Of a stretch of DNA of 64,000 nt, positions 51,677 through 64,000 are shown in pieces (position 1 is the stretch's first letter; each line of letters begins with the position of its first letter). Below the pieces are notes generated by a model. The model did not search any database. It was not told the DNA's origin and saw nothing but the letters and a program-made list of their open reading frames with translations. Location: assembly GCA_963795645.1 (NCBI GenBank), contig CAWCIK010000009.1, positions 50,125 through 114,124 of the forward strand. The letters are read 5' to 3'. The translations under genes were made by a program, and so were the position numbers. The DNA comes from an uncultured Chloroflexia bacterium (lineage in GTDB: Bacteria; Chloroflexota; Limnocylindria; Limnocylindrales; CSP1-4).

Positions 51677-54592
51677 ATGAAGAGACTCGGGTTCGAAAGC
51701 ACGCTTTTATGGCGCTTGCGGCCAGTAGCTTCAATCTTCCTCGCCGTAGCCCTGGCACTCTTGGCCCTTGGTGGCGGCTCGGCCCGGGCCGCGTTCCCCG
51801 GGACGAACGGCAAGATCGCGTTCGTCAGCGAGCGCGATGGCGCCGGCGCCGAGATCTACCTGATGGACTCCGACGGCTCGAACCAGACACGGCTGACGAC
51901 CGGCGGCTACTTCAACGCCGAACCGGCGTGGTCGCCCGACGGGACGAAGATCGCCTTCAGCCGAGTGCTTGGGCCGAGCACCACGGACATCTTCGTCATC
52001 AACGCAGACGGGTCGGCCGAAACCGCGCTGACGAACGACCCGGCGACCGACTCCAATCCGAGCTGGTCGCCGGACGGCAGCAAGATCGCGTTCGTGAGCA
52101 CGCGCGGCGGCGACACGGCGATCTACGTGATGAACGCGGACGGGTCGGGGCAGACCCGACTGGCAGGACCCGGCGGCAACCCCGGCTTTGGCGGGCCGGT
52201 CTGGTCGCCAGACGGCCAAAAATCGCCTTCGAACGCTACTGCTTCTGCGGGGTGGGCGACGACGGCGGCTTCGGCCAGCTCTACCTGATGGACGCGGACG
52301 GATCGAATATCACGCAGCTGACGTTCTACTACAGCGACGGGGACAGCCCCATCGATCCCAGCCACCCCTCCTGGTCGCCAGACGGGTCTCAGATTGCCTT
52401 CTCGGGCGAGGACAATGACCCGAACAACTCTCTCGTCGGGCAGATCTGGACAGTCAATGCCGACGGCACGGGAGAATCGCGGCTGACGACGAACCAATTT
52501 CCGGTCGACTACTCGTCCCCGGCGTGGTCGCCGGACGGGCAGAAGGTCGTCTTCCAGCAGCTCGGGTGCTGCGTGCCGCTGGTCAACGCCGACGTTCTCG
52601 TGGTGAACGCGGATGGCACGGACATCACTCGGCTGACGGACAACAGCGCCGCGGACTTCATGCCAGACTGGCAGCGGTCGTCGGCCGGCCCATCCGGCGA
52701 CGTCGTCGTCACCGACTGCAACGACCCGCAGCTCGCCCAGCTGACTGAGATCAGCGGCGACCTGATCATCGATGACCTGCCCGGCTGCGATGCCATCAGC
52801 TTTCCCCTGCTTACAACCGTGAGCGGCGCCATCCACATCACCGGAACGGCCGCCACCGTCATCGACCTCAGCTCTCTGACTACCGTGGGCGGCGCAATCG
52901 ACATGTCTCACAACGCCTCTACGACGGTCATCGACCTGAGCTCATTGGTCACCGTGAATGGCACCATCAACATGGCCGACAACGCATCCGTCACGGTCAT
53001 CAACCTGAGCTCGCTGGTCACCGTGAGCGGCGCAATCGACATGGCCGACAACGCATCCACCAACGTCGTCGACATCAGCTCGCTGGTCAGCGTGAGCGGC
53101 TCGATCGACATCTCCGCCACGGCCGTGAAGTTCTCCTCGCAGGTCACCGTCACCGGTGATGTTGGCATCGAGACTGCTGGAACGACGGTCGCCATGGGCG
53201 GGGTGACCACGGGCGGCAACGTGACGCTGACAGCGGACGGCTCGGACTCCGTGTCGGCACAGACAGGCGGTGGAACGACGGACGTGAGCGTCCTCGGCGG
53301 AACGGCCTCGATGCAGGTTGTCCTCCCAGAAGGGGCGTTCGACCAGCCGGTCGCGTTCACGGTCGAGCGCCAGGGCGACGTCCCGATCGAGGACGGCACG
53401 GCAGCGGATGGAACCGCAGCCCAGATCGACCCGCTGGCCGGCTACCAGTTCAGCTTTGCCGTCCCGACCTTGAACGCCGATGCGCAGCTTGCCTTCACGA
53501 TCGACCTTGCCCAGCTCGATGACGCTACCAGGGCGGCCCTTCTCTCCGGTGTGGACGATGGCAGCGCGGCACTCGTGGTCAAGGGCGATGAGCCCGGACG
53601 CCGCCTACCAGGCGTTCGCCCGATGCACCGATGGGCAAACGCCGGAGACGGACGGATGTGCCACTGTTGCGCTGCTCGGCGGGGACGGCCAGCCGGTCGC
53701 ACAAGCTGCCGACGCAGCCTCCGTACGCTTCAGCGGCGTCGCCGGTCACTTCTCCACCTACGCAGTCGCGCTCGTCACGGTCTCGGACGACACGACGCCT
53801 CCGCTCGTCACCGGCGTTCCGGACCGGGCGCCTAACGCGAACGGCTGGTATCGAGCACCGGTGACGATCGACTGGCAGTCGAGCGATGACAGCGGGACCG
53901 CGAGCGATCCTGCGGATACGAACGCAGCAACCGAGGGCGCTGACGTCGCCTACACGAGTGCAGAGAGCTGTGACCCGTCCGGCAACTGCGGAACTGGCTC
54001 GCTGAACCTGTCGCTCGATTTGACGCCCCCGACCGTCAGTTGCCTGACCTCCACGCCCAAGTTCATCCTGCGCGCCACCGACCAGACCGTTGTGGCGGAT
54101 GTCACCGACGCACTGTCGGGCCCCGCCAACGCATCAGCGTCGGCTCCCGCCGACACCACCAGCGTCGGGGCCAAGACCGTTGAGTTGACCGGCGAGGACC
54201 TGGCCGGGAACACGACGACGCTCGACTGCCCGTACCTGGTCACATTCGCCTTCGAGGGCTTCTCCGCGCCGGTGCAGAACGACCGCATTCTCAATGTGAT
54301 CAAGGCCGGGGCCGCAGTGCCGCTGAAGTGGCGCTTGACCGACGCCAACGGGGTCCCGGTCACCAATCTCGCCTCGGCCTCCGTCACCGTCCATGGCATC
54401 ACCTGCGACGCTGGCACCACCGAGGATCAGCTCAATGAGACTGTCGCCGGCAGTTCCGGCTTGCAGAACCTCGGCGACGGCTACTACCAGCTCAACTGGA
54501 AGACGCCGAAAAGCTATGCCGCCTCGTGCAAGAGGCTGCAGCTCGACCTGGGCGATGGAATCGACCGAACGGCACTGTTCAAATTCAGATAG
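51677..54592 (+). CDS. Large secreted protein: TolB/PD40 beta-propeller, L-domain-like solenoid, Ig-like domains, C-terminal PxKF-type domain (frameshifts near 52222 and 53593)
   Basis: [11 protein letters not shown], five WSPDG repeats, 23-aa repeats, [15 protein letters not shown]...[10 protein letters not shown]...YYQLNWKT. Confidence 0.85.
52861..53115 (+). repeat. 69-bp (23-aa) intragenic tandem repeat
   Basis: Units begin at 52861, 52930, 52999 and 53068: IDLSSLxTVxGAIDMxxNASxxV. Confidence 0.88.
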
Positions 54593-54680
54593 CGGCGATC
54601 CGTACACTGCGCTTCGAGATGCACGGCTCGGACCTAGACCTGATCGCGCCTGAACGCGGCGTAGCGACTCCCCTCCCCTG

Positions 54681-55232
54681 ATGGAGATCCGGCTGGCCGA
54701 ACCAGCGCGCGACGCCAGCCGCGTAGCCCAGATCTATAGGCCGTATGTAACCGACACGATCATCTCGTTCGAGGAGATCGCGCCGTCGGCTGCTGCCATG
54801 GCGTCACGCATGGGGCACGTGCTCGAATGGGCCCCGTGGCTGGTGGCAGAGGACGAGAACGGCCGTGTGATCGGCTATGCCTACGCGTCGCGCCACCGCG
54901 AACGAGCCGGCTACCGATGGTCCGTTGACATTGCCGTCTACGTCGACCAGGAGTCACGCCGTCGTGGGATCGGCCGCGCGCTGTACGGGCAGCTGGTGCC
55001 GATCCTCCGCCGCCAGCGCTTCGTCAACGCTTACGCCGGCATCGGCCTGCCCAACGAGGCGAGCGTGGCGCTGCACGAGTCAATCGGCATGCGCCGCATC
55101 GGCGTCTACGAGCGAGTCGGATGGAAGCTGGGCCGCTGGGTCGACGTTGCCTGGTACGGCATGCGCCTCACCGAGCCTACGGTCGAGGAGTCTCCTCCGC
55201 CAGAGCCAGTCCCTTTCACTGGGCTGGGTTGA
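54681..55232 (+). CDS. Phosphinothricin/ArsN-like GNAT N-acetyltransferase
   Basis: IYRPYV...ISFE, GYAYAS.HRERAGY.WS, GIGLPNEASVALHE, VGWKLGRWVDV. Confidence 0.88.
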   Translation: MEIRLAEPARDASRVAQIYRPYVTDTIISFEEIAPSAAAMASRMGHVLEWAPWLVAEDENGRVIGYAYASRHRERAGYRWSVDIAVYVDQESRRRGIGRALYGQLVPILRRQRFVNAYAGIGLPNEASVALHESIGMRRIGVYERVGWKLGRWVDVAWYGMRLTEPTVEESPPPEPVPFTGLG

Positions 55233-55335
55233 TGCAAACAGCGGCTCCGCGGGCACGCTGCCGGCGCGAGAATGGGCTCCTCGGAGGGAGTGTGCCTGAC
55301 CTGGACCCGATCTCGGTAGCCCAGCTGGTAGCGGC

Positions 55336-56979
55336 GTGACGGCGCCGCCGGAAGCCACGGCCCACAAGCGGTCGCTGCCGCCGTTCGTCCTGGACGTTGT
55401 CGGTGACCGCGCCAAAGTGCGTGTCCTGGTGGCGTGCTCGCTCGCGATTCTCGCTGCGGGACTGGTGCCGCGGACCTTGTCGCCGGGCATGCCCAGCGTC
55501 CAGGCGGCGCTCAGGACGCAGCCGGAGATCCAATCGATGGTCGTGTTCATCGCCTTCCTGGCCTCCGCCAACTCCGTCGCCGGCGGCGTCGTGGGTGACA
55601 TCTGGCGCAGGCCGTCTGCGCTGATCGCAGGCTTGTCGGTGATGCTCGTCGGTGAGCTGCTGAGCCTCATCCTTCCGGCCGGGCCGCTGTTCTATGTCGT
55701 GCAGATCGCGGTCGTGATTGGCGCCGGAGTAGTGATCGCCTTTGCGGTCGGGGCCGTGGCGCTCGCCTACGACGGAGCCGCTCGGGCAACTTCGCTGGGC
55801 GTGGTCTACGGCGTGTACGGCCTGGGCACGGCAACGGCGCCGGCGCTGACGTTGATGCTTGGCGCGCTCGGGCCGTACTGGCCTGCCTATGTCGTGGCTG
55901 CGGCCGTTGCGGCAATCGGTCTGTATGCCGTTCGGCGATGGCGGCCGGAGCTACCCGGCGCGCTGCCGACTTCGCGTTCGGCGGCAGTCGTCGTCGGCCT
56001 GTGGGGCATCGCGCTGCTGGCTGTGATCACCGGCCTGCTTGCGTTTGGGGGGCCGGGCAATGAGCTGATTCAGTTTTCCTTGATCATCGCCGGCGGCGGG
56101 TTGCTCGCGGGACTGGCCATCCAGCGCAGACTTCGGCCACGCGAGTTCAACGCGATGGCCATCCGGCCGCGCCAGATGGCAGCCGCCGTGTTCGTCGGCG
56201 GCGTGGTCGGCTTTACCCAGACCATTCCGCTGGTGCTGCTTCCCGCTGTGTTCCTGTACGTCTTCCAGTACTCCCCGCCGATCATGTCCACGATCGCGAT
56301 CGCGCCCTTCGCAATTGCGCTGTTCGCTGCCGGTCCGGTCGCGGGCATCTTGTTGCCGCGCTACAGCGCACGAGCCATCCTGCTGACCGGGACGGGCATG
56401 CTCGGTATCGGCGCAATCGCGCTCGGTGGCGCGATGGCCGTCTTCGGATCTACGACCAGCTATCTCTGGCTGATCCTGCCGCTGGCCGCCGTCGGCGCAG
56501 GGTTCGTGATCTCGACCACCGTTCGCACCGCGATCGTATTCGCCGCGACGCCGCGCGGCCTGCCCGCTACAGCTGCCGGATACAACGAAGCTTCCGTGGC
56601 CCTGGGCGCACGGGTGGGCATCATTGCCTCCACTCTGATCGTTGTCGTGGTTGCAGCCAACTCGCTGACGAGGGCGCTTCAGGGAAGACCCGACATCGAT
56701 GCTCGGCTGGCGGAGTTCCAGTCACTGGTGGCCCGGCTCAACCTGCCCGATTTCCGGACCGTAGTGGGGACCACCTCGGTGAGCGATAGGCCGCTGTACG
56801 CGGCTGCCTACCTTGATGGCGTCTGGGCGGCCATCGTCCTCGGCGGCATCATCGCCATCGTCGGCGCCATCGTCGCGTGGTTCATGGTCGGCCCCGGCGA
56901 TCCGTTGCGCACGGTGTTCGATATGCAGGACGAACGAGCAACGAAGGAGCTCAACGCCGATGATCTACCGACGAGCTAG
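55336..56979 (+). CDS. MFS transporter (14-TM DHA2-like)
   Basis: About 14 hydrophobic segments, GVVGDIWRR motif-A-like loop, large loop before the last TM. Confidence 0.8.
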   Translation: MTAPPEATAHKRSLPPFVLDVVGDRAKVRVLVACSLAILAAGLVPRTLSPGMPSVQAALRTQPEIQSMVVFIAFLASANSVAGGVVGDIWRRPSALIAGLSVMLVGELLSLILPAGPLFYVVQIAVVIGAGVVIAFAVGAVALAYDGAARATSLGVVYGVYGLGTATAPALTLMLGALGPYWPAYVVAAAVAAIGLYAVRRWRPELPGALPTSRSAAVVVGLWGIALLAVITGLLAFGGPGNELIQFSLIIAGGGLLAGLAIQRRLRPREFNAMAIRPRQMAAAVFVGGVVGFTQTIPLVLLPAVFLYVFQYSPPIMSTIAIAPFAIALFAAGPVAGILLPRYSARAILLTGTGMLGIGAIALGGAMAVFGSTTSYLWLILPLAAVGAGFVISTTVRTAIVFAATPRGLPATAAGYNEASVALGARVGIIASTLIVVVVAANSLTRALQGRPDIDARLAEFQSLVARLNLPDFRTVVGTTSVSDRPLYAAAYLDGVWAAIVLGGIIAIVGAIVAWFMVGPGDPLRTVFDMQDERATKELNADDLPTS

Positions 56980-57839
56980 CGCACCGCCCAGGCAATGACG
57001 CCGATCTTGGTCGGCTCCCACTCGAACGCATAGCGTCCATCGCGCCCCGTAAGGCGTTCGCGGGCGAGGTCGGCCAGCTTCTGGTCCTTGGCACTGCCGG
57101 CACGCAGCCAGAGCTGCCGGCGCGCCATCGCCAGTGCCTCATCAATTGAAGCGAACGTGGGTGGGACGCGGTCGACGAGCGTGATCTCGGGTAGCCGTCC
57201 GCGGGCGAGGAGAAGCATGACCATTTCAGGCAGGGCCGGCAGCCTGACGCGGGGCTCCCCGTGGATGTCGTTCCAGAACAGAGTCGCCGTAGTTGCCATG
57301 GCGGATTCGCCCATCACCGCGACGCACAGCCGGTGCGCCGACGCTTCGACTGCGTCGAGGAAGGGCCCTATCTCGCCGATGTCGTAGCCGACGTGCGCCA
57401 TGAGCGCCGCGTCGCCCGTCGGCGCTCCGGCGCCGGAAGGCATCGGCCAGCGCGACTCGATGATGCTGATGTTGCCGATGGACTCAGCGTCGGCATCCTC
57501 ACGCAGCACGGTCAACATCGCGGGCGAAGGATCGATCGCCACTACGTCGCGCACGTGGAGCGCCAGGGGCAATGCGTAGCGGCCGCCACCCGCGCCTACG
57601 TCGAGCCACGTCTCCTGCGGTTCGGCCAGCGCCAGTAGCACATCGAGCGTCTCGTCATCGGTGCGCCTCGGGTCCATCCGGAAACGGTTGGCCGTGGGTG
57701 CGTAGAAATCCGCCGGGTCGGGCTCTTCGCGCGAGCGCTCGACCTGTTCCTTGTCGGCCACCACCCGTGCCCGCCAGGCATCGGTCAGCGACGCAACGGT
57801 CGGGTGCAGAGCATCGTTCGGTTCACCTGTTGAGTTCAT
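56976..57839 (-). CDS. Class I SAM-dependent methyltransferase
   Basis: WLDVGAGGGR, AIDPSPAML. Confidence 0.85.
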   Translation of the reverse strand: MNSTGEPNDALHPTVASLTDAWRARVVADKEQVERSREEPDPADFYAPTANRFRMDPRRTDDETLDVLLALAEPQETWLDVGAGGGRYALPLALHVRDVVAIDPSPAMLTVLREDADAESIGNISIIESRWPMPSGAGAPTGDAALMAHVGYDIGEIGPFLDAVEASAHRLCVAVMGESAMATTATLFWNDIHGEPRVRLPALPEMVMLLLARGRLPEITLVDRVPPTFASIDEALAMARRQLWLRAGSAKDQKLADLARERLTGRDGRYAFEWEPTKIGVIAWAVR

Positions 57840-57867
57840 GCGCCAAGGGTATGACGCGCGGGTGATC

Positions 57868-58608
57868 TCAGGGGGCGCTCGGAGTGGTGGCCTCAGTGGG
57901 TGTTGGCGGCGTAGCCTCGGGTGGGTCGGTCGGCGTCTCCGTCGGCACGGCGAACGTGGCTATCGGCAACGGCGTCTCAACCGAGTCGACGGGCGTATCG
58001 GTGGGTGTCACGGTAGTCGCCGGCGTTGGCGCCTCTGAGGGTGGTGCTGGCAAATCGGGAGCCGGCTCCTTGGTGGGCGGTGCCGGTTGGTCAGTGGTCG
58101 TCGACTCACACGAGACGAGCGTGGCCGGTCCATTGCCCGCGACGCAGATGTCGTTTCCGTCGCCGCCGTCGAGTAGCTCCGGCCCATTGCTGCCGATTAG
58201 GACGTCGTCCCCGCCGCCGCCGAGGAGCACATCCGGTCCGTTCTCGCCATTGATCGTGTCGTTGCCGTCGCCGCCGACAAGGCAGTCCTTGCCGTTGCCG
58301 CCATTGATCGTGTCGTTCCCGCCAAGGCCAAAGACGAGCGACCCACCATTCCCGGCGCCAAGGACATCGTCGCCTGAGGTGCCGACGACCGTGTTCTTGA
58401 ATTTCATGCCGGCGCATTCGGCTGGTGTTTGCGGCTGGGCAGGGAGGTCAACGGCCAAACCGCCGATAGATCCTGGCTGCGTTTCCGTGAAGTAGGCGCC
58501 CGTCACGCCCACGAGTCCCGCAAGTTGAGAGCTAGCCAGGCCCAAGACGGCCACTAGACCAAAGAGGCCAAATAATGTGCGACGACCCAGACGTGCAGGT
58601 TCAGCCAT
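57868..58608 (-). CDS. SipW-type signal peptide protein with RTX-like Ca-binding repeats and a P/T-rich tail
   Basis: ATG 58608 overlapping the sipW stop; GVTGA|YFTE cleavage-site motif; [32 protein letters not shown] nonapeptides. Confidence 0.85.
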   Translation of the reverse strand: MAEPARLGRRTLFGLFGLVAVLGLASSQLAGLVGVTGAYFTETQPGSIGGLAVDLPAQPQTPAECAGMKFKNTVVGTSGDDVLGAGNGGSLVFGLGGNDTINGGNGKDCLVGGDGNDTINGENGPDVLLGGGGDDVLIGSNGPELLDGGDGNDICVAGNGPATLVSCESTTTDQPAPPTKEPAPDLPAPPSEAPTPATTVTPTDTPVDSVETPLPIATFAVPTETPTDPPEATPPTPTEATTPSAP

Positions 58609-59149
58609 CTGCGGCAGCTCCCTCAGTCGAAACGCCTTCATCCTTGATCGACTCGGTCGAGTTAACGTCGGCGTTGTCCTGCGCCTCGCCGCGCTTGCGA
58701 ATGAGCTCCCATGCGACGGCCAACGCAACGATGAGCAACAACAGAGCCACGAGGCCAAATGGTTGCTGGAGGAACACTGCGACATACCCGGCAAAAGGCA
58801 GGGTCGCAGAGACTCGGCCCACGATCTGCCCTGGCTGTAGCTGTCCGGCATCGACCGTTGCGTTGGCATCTCCCTTGGTGGTGATGCCCGTTGCGTCGAT
58901 CGCTGCGATCCGATGGGTGGTGGTGTACCCCGCCGTCGGATGGAAAGTGATCACGTCGCCCACCAGGAAGACAGCCGGCGACGTAGCCGGAGCAACGACG
59001 ACGAGATCTCCGCTATGCAGGGTCGGGACCATCGAATCGGACTGAACGGCGAAAAAGCGATCGCCCTGCGACCAGGCGAAGGCGGCCGAGCCGAAACATG
59101 CGAGGAGCGCCACGACCACGGCGACCGCGAGTGTGCGACGCAGGATCAT
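58601..59149 (-). CDS. sipW: Signal peptidase I, SipW/ER-type (Ser-His)
   Basis: [29 protein letters not shown]; N- and C-terminal TM helices. Confidence 0.88.
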   Translation of the reverse strand: MILRRTLAVAVVVALLACFGSAAFAWSQGDRFFAVQSDSMVPTLHSGDLVVVAPATSPAVFLVGDVITFHPTAGYTTTHRIAAIDATGITTKGDANATVDAGQLQPGQIVGRVSATLPFAGYVAVFLQQPFGLVALLLLIVALAVAWELIRKRGEAQDNADVNSTESIKDEGVSTEGAAADG

Positions 59150-59207
59150 GGCGCTCCTCGTTTCAGGTGGCGGGTGAAAACGATGCTTCACTCGCCTGCG
59201 GATCGGT

Positions 59208-59894
59208 TTAGTTGAAGAAACCAGCAGCGAGCGTCAGATCGACGATCTTGCCCGCGCCGTTGTGCAGATCGCTCGGTGCAACGCCGGCCTGGAATGCCGC
59301 AATGTTGAACTCAAGCGGGTTGCTAAAGGCAGGCTGGTTCTGGTAGGCGCTGTTGGAGATACAGGCGCTGTAGCGGAACGAGAACGTGTAGTTCGCCGTC
59401 TGGCCCGGGTTCAAAGTCCCGAGGAAGTTGACGTGGGGCAGGTAGCGGATGTAGTTGACTGTGTCGCCGCAGGAGTTGGTATATGCGTTGGGGCCGGTGT
59501 TCTGGGGGTAATTGTTATTGAGGTTGTTGTAGTTCGTCCCATTGACGTCCGCCTCGCCGTACGTGCCGAGCGTGTTCACTTCGCTCCACACGTCATTGGC
59601 ATTTGTGAACGCCATGTAGATATCTTCTACGTCAGAACCGGTGTTTGTCGCCGTAATGGTGGCGGTCTTCCAGACGCCCGGCATCATGCCCGCGAAGTTG
59701 AACTGGAGGTTGCCTGGGCCCGAACCGGAGCCGTTCATGTCGATGGCGACGCTGCCGAACGTGCCGTTCACGTAGCCCGGATGGCTGTCCGTGAAGTACG
59801 CGCCGGTGCTACCAACGGTGAGCGCGACCGTTGTCGCGAGGACGGCAATCAAACCGAAGAGCGCCGTCAGGCGACGAGTTCTGCTCTTAAGCAT
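59208..59894 (-). CDS. TasA/CalY-like secreted protein with SipW-dependent signal peptide
   Basis: GSTGA|YFTDS motif, FAGMMPG, ITATNTGS, GTLNPGQ...FSF; Asn-rich. Confidence 0.82.
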   Translation of the reverse strand: MLKSRTRRLTALFGLIAVLATTVALTVGSTGAYFTDSHPGYVNGTFGSVAIDMNGSGSGPGNLQFNFAGMMPGVWKTATITATNTGSDVEDIYMAFTNANDVWSEVNTLGTYGEADVNGTNYNNLNNNYPQNTGPNAYTNSCGDTVNYIRYLPHVNFLGTLNPGQTANYTFSFRYSACISNSAYQNQPAFSNPLEFNIAAFQAGVAPSDLHNGAGKIVDLTLAAGFFN

Positions 59895-60345
59895 CGTGTG
59901 TGAATCTCCCTGTTGTTCCGTTGCGTGGCTCAATGACCGGGCAAGGAGGTGCGCGTTGGCACGGCTCATGCGGACGGCATCGATCCGCGTTTGTGCGGTC
60001 ACAGCTGCATGACCGGATGAATGGCGCGAGTTCTCGCGCCTCGCGTTGCCAAATCTGGGCTCGGCCACACGTCCTGCGCGCCGATGCCTCCCCTTCATCG
60101 CGCGCAATGCGCCCGCTGCAGCCGATCGTTCAACTACTCGGGGGCACTCGTCCTGCGGGACGGCGAGAGTCCAGGTGGCTGCCTGAAAGTACTAGTGGAC
60201 TAGTCATTTCGGCGTATGGGCCAATGGCCCACAACGGAGCCTGCCGAATGGCACAACGCGGAGTGGTGTCACCCAGACGGACGGCCCTCATCCTGGGCGG
60301 TTGCGGTGCGACGGCCGAGTAATGGCCCGTCAGTAGACTTCGACT

Positions 60346-64000
<3,655 letters not shown>

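Noticed and set aside
60230-60345. SAM, SAH or cobalamin riboswitch upstream of metH
   Set aside because: GCGGTGCGACGGCC partly resembles the SAH motif, but GAGGAG and AGGCTC are missing, and a TAGACT -10 six nt before the ATG suggests a leaderless transcript.

Overview
High-GC bacterial chromosomal window. Gene content and the RpoD/ParAB style suggest a Chloroflexota-like (possibly Limnocylindria-type) or other high-GC Terrabacteria genome; this taxonomy is inference only. Many single-base indels break essential genes (sucCD, dnaG, rpoD, rsgA), which points to long-read consensus error rather than real pseudogenes. Core content: sucCD; a propionyl-CoA to succinyl-CoA cluster (carboxyltransferase, biotin carboxylase, BCCP, methylmalonyl-CoA mutase catalytic subunit, epimerase); parAB preceded by DnaA boxes; tRNA-Asn; dnaG-rpoD; rsgA; metH (runs off the right edge). 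Most notable accessory items: (1) a promoter / RLR-containing leader peptide / terminator arrangement that looks like a ribosome-stalling attenuator in front of an ABC exporter-GNAT-rsgA operon; (2) an ApbE + heme-membrane protein + NuoF-like + ferredoxin operon headed by a membrane-anchored, low-complexity protein ending in a candidate flavinylation motif; (3) two SARP-STAND regulators, one with an extracytoplasmic BMP sensor, each next to a secreted-protein gene carrying 11-bp-period direct repeats; (4) a tasA/sipW-like operon whose second substrate has RTX repeats; (5) a Cys-stapled repeat protein missing from the ORF track, plus a DUF3494 ice-binding-family protein; (6) several orphan operator-like motifs.
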